64,000 nucleotides of DNA from an uncultured Candidatus Saccharibacteria bacterium (GTDB lineage Bacteria > Patescibacteriota > Minisyncoccia > Minisyncoccales > GWA2-38-27): the NCBI GenBank assembly GCA_964387825.1, contig CAYLWZ010000003.1:2267-66266 (forward strand). Direction: 5' to 3'. The notes below the pieces were generated by a model. The model was not told the DNA's origin. It did not search any database and worked only from the letters and a program-made list of their open reading frames with translations. Of the stretch, positions 44,871 to 51,806 are shown one piece after another. Made by a program: the position numbers and the translations under genes. The stretch's first letter is position 1, and the number at the start of each line of letters is the position of its first letter.

Positions 44871-45313
44871 ATAAAAAAATAATCCAAAGAGTAGTTTTGG
44901 CAGGGGTTATCTTTAAAGATAATAAGGTTTTAATTTTACAAAGAAATAAAAGTGAAAAAGTTTTTCCTAATATGTGGGAACTTCCTGGCGGAAAAAGAGA
45001 ATTTTTGGAATCATCAAGGAATTGCTTGGTACGAGAAATAAAAGAAGAAACAGGCCTTGAAAACATAGAGATTATAATGCCTTTTTCTGTTTTTGATTAT
45101 CAAATTGGAAAAGAAGAAGAGATTAAGGATTCTACCCAAATAAACTTTTTAGTTAAGATAAAAGGAATTGAAGAAGTAAAATTAAGTAGCGAACATCAAA
45201 ACCTTGCTTGGATTGAAAGAAAAGAAATTAGCCAACGTAAATTATCAAAAAACACACAAAAAGTTATCCAGATAGCTTTCAAGTTAATCAAAAACTTTAA
45301 CGGGAAAATTTAA
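44867..45313 (+). CDS. NUDIX hydrolase
   Basis: Nudix box GGKREFLESSRNCLVREIKEETGL (GX5EX7REUXEEXGU). Confidence 0.85.
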   Translation: MNKKIIQRVVLAGVIFKDNKVLILQRNKSEKVFPNMWELPGGKREFLESSRNCLVREIKEETGLENIEIIMPFSVFDYQIGKEEEIKDSTQINFLVKIKGIEEVKLSSEHQNLAWIERKEISQRKLSKNTQKVIQIAFKLIKNFNGKI

Positions 45314-45345
45314 TAAAAAGAGTATTCCCTGTTAGGTGCCCAGTC

Positions 45346-45494
45346 GAAAAAATAAAGTGGCCGATAAAATTAAAAGTAGCCACTTTTTATTTTTGTCAGC
45401 AGTTGCTTTACAAGAGCGTAATGTGGGATAATCGCTTAGTTGAATTCAAATTAAGCGATTTTTTGTTGTTTTTTGGGATTAGGGATAACTTTTA
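45346..45494 (+). repeat. Copy A of a ~125-150-nt non-coding module (promoter-like element overlapping a terminator-like hairpin)
   Basis: Shares tttttatttttgtcagcagttgctttacaagagcgtaatgtgggataatcgctt.gttg..ttcaaattaagcgattttttgttgttttttg with 48429-48556. TTGCTT-18 nt-GATAAT with TG extension. Hairpin aatcgctta/taagcgatt plus T-run. Confidence 0.7.
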
Positions 45495-45583
45495 TTTGAC
45501 AAAATTTCTAAAACATATTAAAAAGAAAATAGATATTTGACAATTAAATAATCCTAAAAAAGAAAAGAAAGGAGGTGAGAGAA

Positions 45584-46702
45584 ATGAAAGAAGATATTAA
45601 ACATTATCTTGAAAAAAGCGAAGATAGTCATTGGTTTTCTGTACAAATCAAGCCCGTAGGGAGTATGTGTAATTTGAGGTGTAGATATTGTTATGCAAAA
45701 CCCTATCCATATTCAAAAGAGAAAGTAATGTCAAAAAAAGTACTTGAGCGTGTTGTTCAACAGTGTTTACAAGATTCTTTTTACCCAACCTTTAGTTGGC
45801 ATGGAGGAGAGCCGACCCTTGCGGGATACGATTTTTTCCAATACGCTATGGAATTAATGGAAGAGTATAAATACTCTGACCAAAAGGTAAGAAATTTAAT
45901 TCAAACTAATGCCACAAAAATTACGCCAGGATTAGCTAAATTGTTTAGGCAATATAATTTTGGAGTAAGTGTTAGTTTGGATGGCCCAGAACATGTACAC
46001 GGAATTAATCGAATACTAATAGATGGCGAAAACTCATTCTCTGAGGTTATGCAAGGAATCAAAATTCTTCGAGAATTTGGAGTCGACCCTTCTGTTATCT
46101 GTACTGTTTCCAAAGAAACACTACCTTTCGCGGCAGAAACCTTTAATTTTCTGGTTTCGCAAGGATTTAAAAGAATAAAATATAGTCCAGTATTTGATTC
46201 GGCAAAAGATGAATTTAGCATCACAAACGACGAGTGGTTCGAGTATTTAAAAACAGTCTTTTATCAATGGTTTGAGATCGGAGATCCAGCAATTCAAGTG
46301 CGTGATCTAGACGAAGTGATTGTTTGGCTATCAGAAAAAACGTTGAACCTTTGCTCGGTTGACAGAACCTGTTTACATTGGGTTTCAATTAATCCTACTG
46401 GAGAGATTTATCCATGCGAATACCTAAAGGAGAGGTATTATTACGGGAATATCACTCAAATGGAACTTAGTGATGTTTTTTATGCTTCTGCATTCCAGGA
46501 GTTTAAGAAAGTTTATGAAACTATTCCTTTGAAATGTCAACGATGTGAATTTTTTAAGTTATGTGGTAATGGTTGTCCAGCAACAAGAATAAGAGATGGG
46601 AAGATTTCATCAAATGGCATTTACGCTTTTTGCGAGGAAAGACAATCTTTGTTCTGTGAAATTAAAAAAGTGTTTAACGCTACACTGAAAGGAGGTGATT
46701 AA
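45584..46702 (+). CDS. Radical SAM enzyme with C-terminal SPASM domain (anSME/peptide-maturase family)
   Basis: ATG at 45584 with GGAGG 8 nt upstream. CX3CX2C cluster CNLRCRYC, GGEPTL, QTNATK, SLDGP; SPASM-type Cys motifs CEYL...CQRCEFFKLCGNGC. Confidence 0.85.
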   Translation: MKEDIKHYLEKSEDSHWFSVQIKPVGSMCNLRCRYCYAKPYPYSKEKVMSKKVLERVVQQCLQDSFYPTFSWHGGEPTLAGYDFFQYAMELMEEYKYSDQKVRNLIQTNATKITPGLAKLFRQYNFGVSVSLDGPEHVHGINRILIDGENSFSEVMQGIKILREFGVDPSVICTVSKETLPFAAETFNFLVSQGFKRIKYSPVFDSAKDEFSITNDEWFEYLKTVFYQWFEIGDPAIQVRDLDEVIVWLSEKTLNLCSVDRTCLHWVSINPTGEIYPCEYLKERYYYGNITQMELSDVFYASAFQEFKKVYETIPLKCQRCEFFKLCGNGCPATRIRDGKISSNGIYAFCEERQSLFCEIKKVFNATLKGGD

Positions 46703-46703
46703 G

Positions 46704-46814
46704 ATGAAGAAGCGGGAATTTATCCTGACGGTACTCGCCAAAGTGGCGAAGGAAGCAGAAAACATGAAGCCAGATGACTGGCGAGGACTTCTGCACAATT
46801 GGATAAAGTGTTGA
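46704..46814 (+). CDS. Unannotated 36-aa peptide, candidate RiPP precursor
   Basis: ATG 1 nt after the rSAM stop, preceded by GGAGGTG (46691-46697). MKKREFILTVLAKVAKEAENMKPDDWRGLLHNWIKC. Locally GC-rich. Followed by a hairpin. Confidence 0.55.
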   Translation: MKKREFILTVLAKVAKEAENMKPDDWRGLLHNWIKC

Positions 46815-46828
46815 TTAATACCTTTATC

Positions 46829-46865
46829 GTTGCGGGAAATTTCTTATTGGAATATTTCCCGCAAC
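46829..46865 (+). terminator. 12-bp hairpin after the peptide ORF (weak T-run)
   Basis: gttgcgggaaat / atttcccgcaac with a 13-nt loop; no strong U-tract, so terminator function is uncertain. Confidence 0.4.
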
Positions 46866-46972
46866 ACTACTTAATGCAATGCGATAATAAATGTTCAGTA
46901 TTGGATTAAAATTTGGTTATATTTTTCTAATCTGTTAAACTAAAGATAGCTAAAATAGGAAGGAGATCAAAA

Positions 46973-47734
46973 ATGAAAAAAGAAACTAACTTACAAAAAT
47001 CTTGGGATGAAATGTCGCTATATTATCAGAAAAAATATAGCGACTCTTTAATGTTTTACGAAAAGACAATCCATCTAAAGCTTTTCGGGAAGATAAAGGA
47101 CAAGAAACTTCTTGATCTTGGTTGCGGTGGAGGGCAAACTTCTATTTTTTTTGCCGAACAAGGAGCTATAGTCACGGGAGTTGATTTTTCGAAAAGACAA
47201 ATAGATTTTGCGAGAATTTTAGCAAAGAAAAAAAGAACAAACAAGGTTTTATTTCAACAAGGCAATATGGAAAACCTATCTATGTTTAAGGATTGTAGTT
47301 TCGATTTGGTTAACTCCAGCCACACTATTCATTACGTTAAAAACATACAGAGATGTTTTAACGAGATCTTCCGAGTACTTAAACCGAAAGGAAAATTTGT
47401 TTTTAGCGTTTCACATCCTTTAAATCATATCGTTGAAAAAGAAAATGATCAATTTGTAATAAAAAGAAGTTATTTCCAGAAAGGGAGGTATAGGTGGGAT
47501 TGGGAATATCCGGCAGAAGGACTAAAATATTCTATGTATCTGTTTATAAGAAAAGTAGATGATTATTTTATTGCTTTGAGAAAATCTAGTTTTATTATTG
47601 AAGACCTGTTAGAACCCAAAACTTATTTGGACAAGAACAGCCCATGGCGTGAGCAGAATAGTTCAAAGGAAGAAATGATTCCTGGGGCATTAATTTTCGG
47701 GGCTAAAAAACCCTCCCAAAAGGCAAAAACCTAA
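46973..47734 (+). CDS. Class I SAM-dependent methyltransferase
   Basis: Motif I LLDLGCGGGQTSIFFA, acidic post-I VTGVDFS, motif II/III region FDLVNSSHTIHY / LKPKGKFVFSV. Confidence 0.85.
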   Translation: MKKETNLQKSWDEMSLYYQKKYSDSLMFYEKTIHLKLFGKIKDKKLLDLGCGGGQTSIFFAEQGAIVTGVDFSKRQIDFARILAKKKRTNKVLFQQGNMENLSMFKDCSFDLVNSSHTIHYVKNIQRCFNEIFRVLKPKGKFVFSVSHPLNHIVEKENDQFVIKRSYFQKGRYRWDWEYPAEGLKYSMYLFIRKVDDYFIALRKSSFIIEDLLEPKTYLDKNSPWREQNSSKEEMIPGALIFGAKKPSQKAKT

Positions 47735-47737
47735 CCT

Positions 47738-47778
47738 AAAGAGCAGTTATCAAAATAAGATTCCTGCTCTTTTTTATT
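47738..47778 (+). terminator. Intrinsic terminator of the methyltransferase gene
   Basis: aaagagcag ... ctgctcttt followed by tttttatttc. Confidence 0.65.
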
Positions 47779-47870
47779 TCTTTATCTGAAAAAAATAAAA
47801 AAATTATTAAGTTATGAACTATTATATATTACTTTATTTTTTGGTAGGCGTATTGTAAAAAGTAGGAAAA

Positions 47871-47924
47871 GTAGGGACGTTTCCGACTTTTCTCACTTAA
47901 TTTAAAAGTCGAAAACGTCCCTAC
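47871..47924. repeat. Palindromic repeat family B (gtagggacgtttccgactttt ... aaaagtcgaaaacgtccctac)
   Basis: 21-bp arms with one mismatch. Flanked by further (a)gtagg/cctac(t) units. Second copy at 54022-54084. Confidence 0.7.
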
Positions 47925-48037
47925 TTTCTCTACTTTCCTATTTTCCGTCCCTACTTTTCTGCCGGTATATTTGCAATGCCAGTGATTGTAGAATTCTATA
48001 AGGAAGGAGTCCAGAATGTATCTGGCATTATGTAAAG

Positions 48038-48067
48038 AAGGGCATTCTTTAAAATCAGAATGCCCTT
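48038..48067 (-). terminator. Hairpin immediately downstream of the minus-strand Zn-ribbon gene
   Basis: aagggcattct / agaatgccctt, 11-bp stem, 2 nt from the stop codon at 48069. Confidence 0.55.
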
Positions 48068-48068
48068 T

Positions 48069-48317
48069 TTATCCTTTAATATACACTTTTCCTTGAATTA
48101 TTTTGTTGGCTGGCCGATTGTGATACAAGGCTTCTCTTGCAAAAGTTTGTTTGCATTTCGGACACTTTAAGTCTCCTGCCGTGTTATCTTTAATAATTTT
48201 GTCTTTGTAGCATTTTACCAAATGTCCTATTCCTTCTTTTCTGTATTTGTAGAGTAAAGTTCCACAATTGGCACAAAAAACTTTTATCGTGTATGCTCGG
48301 ATTTTTTTTCTTGCCAT
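48069..48317 (-). CDS. Small zinc-ribbon protein (hypothetical)
   Basis: Two CxxC pairs (CANCG, CPKCK). Good SD (aaggaggt) upstream. No family recognised. Confidence 0.5.
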   Translation of the reverse strand: MARKKIRAYTIKVFCANCGTLLYKYRKEGIGHLVKCYKDKIIKDNTAGDLKCPKCKQTFAREALYHNRPANKIIQGKVYIKG

Positions 48318-48428
48318 ATAAATTACCTCCTTATGGTTTTTAAATGTATTTTTTATAGAGCCTATGAAATTACGCTCTATCTGTCAACTATTTAGCCAGA
48401 CGCACTTTTTAAGCAAAACCGGACTAAA

Positions 48429-48556
48429 GAAAAATAAAGTGGTCACTTTTTATTTTTGTCAGCAGTTGCTTTACAAGAGCGTAATGTGGGATAATCGCTT
48501 GGTTGGGTTCAAATTAAGCGATTTTTTGTTGTTTTTTGAGCTTGTGGATAACTTTT
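48429..48556 (+). repeat. Copy B of the non-coding promoter/hairpin module
   Basis: See 45346-45494. The listed ORF 48364..48594 is just this repeat translated. Confidence 0.7.
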
Positions 48557-48640
48557 GTCGGAAAACACTTGACAAATGTTTTAGAGTAGAGTAACCTATG
48601 AACAGAGCGTGGAAAAGTAAAAAATAGATAACGCCAAAAT

Positions 48641-48745
48641 ATGGACAATAAAATTTTACTAATTATTGCCATAATAACGATACCAATATCATTAACCTTT
48701 TTGGTTTGGTTAATCAGCAGATATTACCGGAGGAAACAAAAGTAG
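48641..48745 (+). CDS. Possible 34-aa single-TM peptide
   Basis: MDNKILLIIAIITIPISLTFLVWLISRYYRRKQK: hydrophobic helix plus basic tail. Weak ribosome-binding site. Its 3' two-thirds lie inside the 155-bp direct repeat. Confidence 0.3.
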   Translation: MDNKILLIIAIITIPISLTFLVWLISRYYRRKQK

Positions 48746-48840
48746 TTTGTCAGAAATTGGCAAGTCGAATAAAGAGGATTGTATCTAATCTTTTTTCTTC
48801 GGTTCGGCAATTAAAAAAACCGAATGGTTCTTTAAAAATA
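48686..48840 (+). repeat. Left copy of ~155-bp direct repeat flanking the GNAT/CYTH cassette
   Basis: Near-identical to 50399-50551 (by eye, one substitution and one 1-nt indel). Contains hairpin ttcggtt..aaccgaa. Confidence 0.8.
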
Positions 48841-48909
48841 AAAAACTTTTAAGTATAAATGGTGTCGGATCTGAATTTTTTTAAAGACGTTGAATTATAA
48901 GATAATAAA

Positions 48910-49884
48910 ATGATTAAAATATCTACAATAAAAGTAAGTAATATCTGGGAGAACGATAAAAGAGTAAAAGAAATAAGAGAGAAACTTTTGCCTAAAATAA
49001 AAAAATGTAAAGAGTGGTTTGATTCTCAAGACTTAGAGCATCAAATACTTTTTAGATTAACGACTTATCATAATTGGAAACCTAAATTAGAAGAAGTTTT
49101 TCAGGAACAAAAACATATTATATTAGAAAGAATGAAAAATGCGAGAGTGAATCCTAAAAAACTATTCTGTTTTGGGAGAGAACGAACAGGTGCTTGGCAA
49201 ATGCAATGGGGAAAAGATAAGAATAATTTATATTGTATTAATAATGATAATCGCAAAAGAGAAATCTTTTTTAGAGAAATTACATTAGAAGATGAAAAAG
49301 AAGCAGCAAGAAGCATTATTAATGATTATCATTATATTCACTGGTCAAGATGTAATAAAGAGAAAGGAATGATATTCGGGTTTTTTGTTAAAGGGCATAA
49401 ATTACCATTCGCAATAGAAGAAATAGAACCTTGCGACATTTCAAGAAACTATAAAAAAGCTATATTGATGATGGCTGATATCAATTATCATACTACTTGC
49501 GAATTAACAAGATTTTATTCAGTCCCTAATACTCCTAAAAATATGATAAGTTTATTAGATAAAATGGTTGGAAGGGAGTTAAAATATAGAGGATATGAAT
49601 GGATGATGACAGCGATGATGCCTGCTTTTGCTAAAACTAAGAGTTCAACGATTGCTGGGGGGATAGATATTCCTTTATTTGCCAAAGAATTGAAACTTGA
49701 ATTCTTTAAAAGAAAAGATAATTATTATGAAGTTTGTGTCGATAGAAAAAAAGAAAAATTAAATAAAAAAACAATTGGTTCCGTTTGGAAATTATCTCCT
49801 GTTATTGAGATGATTAAATCTTTAAAACCAGAATTAAAACCAAACTTAAAAAAGAATATGTATTACTATGTTGAAAAGAATTGA
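48910..49884 (+). CDS. Hypothetical protein with C-terminal GNAT-fold, Mom-like acyltransferase motifs
   Basis: Motif order IINDYHYIHW .. MIFGFFVKG .. CELTRFYSVPNTPKNMISLLDKMVGRELK .. EWMMTAMMP resembles HY....fG.....G....EL.R......pkN..S......l....lvSyaD of Mom-like/GNAT enzymes. Motif-level inference only. Confidence 0.35.
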   Translation: MIKISTIKVSNIWENDKRVKEIREKLLPKIKKCKEWFDSQDLEHQILFRLTTYHNWKPKLEEVFQEQKHIILERMKNARVNPKKLFCFGRERTGAWQMQWGKDKNNLYCINNDNRKREIFFREITLEDEKEAARSIINDYHYIHWSRCNKEKGMIFGFFVKGHKLPFAIEEIEPCDISRNYKKAILMMADINYHTTCELTRFYSVPNTPKNMISLLDKMVGRELKYRGYEWMMTAMMPAFAKTKSSTIAGGIDIPLFAKELKLEFFKRKDNYYEVCVDRKKEKLNKKTIGSVWKLSPVIEMIKSLKPELKPNLKKNMYYYVEKN

Positions 49885-50389
49885 AACAGAGTATAAGTTT
49901 AGGATTAAAAATAAGGATACTTTTTTCAAAAAGATAGAGAAATTTTATATAAAAAATGCTTATTTAGAAAGTTGTAATTTTGTAATAGATGAAATATATG
50001 GAAAGAAAAGAAATCGTTATAAAGTTAGGAAAAGAACATATTATGATTTATTTCATTTTGCAATTAATACTGAAATAGAGAGAACAAAAAATATAAATGG
50101 ATTTTCAAAAGAAGAAAAAGCGTTAGAAGAAATACCTAAAGGATTTAAATTAGAAAATTCCTACAATAAAGTAAGAAATGTTTTTAGTGCCGATGGTTGT
50201 TCTATATCAATAGATTTTTATATCATAGGAGTATTTTGCGAAATAGAAGGAGAATTGAAGGACATAAAAAAAGTTGCTAAAAAATTAGGATTTAATCCAA
50301 AAGATAATATAAAAGAAGGGATAGATGAAATCTTCTGTAAAGAAATGAAAAAGAAAAATGCTGTACCTCCAGTACATTGGGGATTTTAA
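49868..50389 (+). CDS. CYTH-domain protein (CyaB-like adenylyl cyclase / triphosphate tunnel metalloenzyme family)
   Basis: N-terminal EXEXK signature (RIETEYKFRI), basic RKRTYY, C-terminal ISIDFYIIGVFCEIEGE (..D...g.G.f.EiE). Overlaps the upstream gene by 17 nt. Confidence 0.65.
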   Translation: MLKRIETEYKFRIKNKDTFFKKIEKFYIKNAYLESCNFVIDEIYGKKRNRYKVRKRTYYDLFHFAINTEIERTKNINGFSKEEKALEEIPKGFKLENSYNKVRNVFSADGCSISIDFYIIGVFCEIEGELKDIKKVAKKLGFNPKDNIKEGIDEIFCKEMKKKNAVPPVHWGF

Positions 50390-50398
50390 TTATTACAG

Positions 50399-50551
50399 AT
50401 ATCATTAACCTTTTTGGTTTGGTTAATCAGCAGATATTACCGGAGAAAACAAAAGTAGTTTGTCAGAAATTGGCAAGTCGAATAAAGAGGATTGTATCTA
50501 ATCTTTTTTCTTCGGTTCGGCAATTAAAAAACCGAATGGTTCTTTAAAAAT
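50399..50551 (+). repeat. Right copy of ~155-bp direct repeat
   Basis: See 48686-48840. The duplicated peptide tail is in frame with the CYTH stop codon. Confidence 0.8.
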
Positions 50552-50589
50552 AATAAATAAACTTTTAATTTAATAAGGGGGTGAGAAAG

Positions 50590-51714
50590 ATGGAAGAGAG
50601 AAATTTTGCGTTTTTAGCACATAGAGTGGAATCTTGGAATTGGCTTTTAAACTTTGGAATGTTTAATCATTTGCATCGTAGACCGAAATTGCATTGGTTG
50701 TGGATTTGGATGGCTCCTATTTATTGGACTGTTTCGGCTGTTTCCTTGTTTTTAAGGAAAGGACATGAAACTGTTGATAGTTTCCAGTTTTTTGGGATGA
50801 AAAGCCAGACTATTCTCCTTCGTAATTACGCTTGGCATTTTCTTTTTTGGAGAGCCAGAAAGAGTATAAGAAAACGTATTCTGAAGGCGGTGCTTTCTGC
50901 GCAAAAGGAAAATCAAGTCATTGGCCTAGGCGCCTTGATAAAAGCGGAATGGCTTACAAAAGGAGGACGATGGATTGTGGATAAACTTGGAAATAGTCTT
51001 CATGCGGTTCTTGTCCACGGAGACACTTTGACGGCAGCGACCTGTCTCAAGCGGATTGATATGCTGACTAAAAAATATGAGATCAGTTCTCCTATATTTA
51101 TTACCGGGGCTACTTCAAAGATAGGACGGGCAATTGTTCTTACCTTGGCCAAAAACAGGATATTAGTAAAAATGTACACGAGCAGTAAAAAGAGGTTTTT
51201 GGCGATAAAAAGAGAAGCCGGCGAATTCGACAAGTATATAATCATGTCTGTTTCTTTGGACGAAGGAAAGGACTGTCAAATCTGGCTTACTGGTAAGTCT
51301 CGGCCTGCCGGAAGAAAGTTGCTTCAAGCAATTCCCAAAAATGTTATTGTGGTAAATTTCTCTGTGCCGAATCCCTTGGGTGAAAACAACGAATGTCCTC
51401 GGAAAGACCTGTTGGTAGTAGATGGAGGATTATTGGCATATGATCCTGCTGTTACGGATTTACATTTTACAATGCGACTCAAGCCTGGTCTTACATACGC
51501 CTGTCATGCGGCCACAGCTGTTCACGCCCATAAGAGGTGGACACATCATGAGGTTGATAATGTTAATTTAAAAATGCTACGGCCAACCTGGGAGGCGGCT
51601 CAGGGGCTTGGTTTCTTCTTGCCCGCTATTCCAGAAATGGATTTATCTCAAGCAAGAGATCAAAGGCCATTTTGGAAAAAGTTGGCAGATATGCCAGCAT
51701 CAATTGTTCTTTAA
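50590..51714 (+). CDS. NAD(P)-dependent oxidoreductase resembling long-chain acyl-ACP reductase (AAR-like)
   Basis: FAFLAHRVESW.., VIGLGALIKAEW, HGDTLTAATCL, Rossmann FITGATSKIGRAIV, VVDGG and ACHAATAVHA line up in order with my recollection of cyanobacterial AAR (FGLIGHLTSLE, ALGGFTSII, TGNTHTAYV, VVGATGDIGSAV, LIDGGYP, ACFAEAML). Confidence 0.5.
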   Translation: MEERNFAFLAHRVESWNWLLNFGMFNHLHRRPKLHWLWIWMAPIYWTVSAVSLFLRKGHETVDSFQFFGMKSQTILLRNYAWHFLFWRARKSIRKRILKAVLSAQKENQVIGLGALIKAEWLTKGGRWIVDKLGNSLHAVLVHGDTLTAATCLKRIDMLTKKYEISSPIFITGATSKIGRAIVLTLAKNRILVKMYTSSKKRFLAIKREAGEFDKYIIMSVSLDEGKDCQIWLTGKSRPAGRKLLQAIPKNVIVVNFSVPNPLGENNECPRKDLLVVDGGLLAYDPAVTDLHFTMRLKPGLTYACHAATAVHAHKRWTHHEVDNVNLKMLRPTWEAAQGLGFFLPAIPEMDLSQARDQRPFWKKLADMPASIVL

Positions 51715-51719
51715 AATGT

Positions 51720-51758
51720 CCCCTGTAAATGTTTTAATAATTTACAGGGGCTTTTTTC
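51720..51758 (+). terminator. Strong intrinsic terminator
   Basis: cccctgtaaat / atttacagggg 11-bp stem followed by cttttttcg. Confidence 0.8.
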
Positions 51759-51806
51759 GTCTTGAATTTACTTTGACAGTTTTTATTGGAATGATAAAAT
51801 AATAAT

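Noticed and set aside
45403-45432. Calling the TTGCTT-18-GATAAT element in the repeat module a confirmed promoter feature
   Set aside because: The -10 box overlaps the left arm of the terminator-like hairpin, so promoter and terminator readings compete. It is kept as a hypothesis in the findings rather than as a feature.
46610-46798. Listed 62-aa minus-strand ORF
   Set aside because: It is antisense to the 3' end of the rSAM gene and to the peptide ORF that has a strong RBS. It has no RBS or motif of its own.
48016-48096. 26-aa ORF MYLALCKEGHSLKSECPFYPLIYTFP with a good Shine-Dalgarno sequence (aaggaggagtccaga-ATG)
   Set aside because: It overlaps the terminator hairpin and the 3' end of the convergent Zn-ribbon gene. 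Nothing supports it beyond the RBS-like sequence, so it is probably a chance ORF, though it could be rechecked by conservation.
48364-48594. Listed 76-aa ORF
   Set aside because: It lies entirely on copy B of the duplicated non-coding promoter/hairpin module. The equivalent frame in copy A (45346-45494) is not open over a comparable length.
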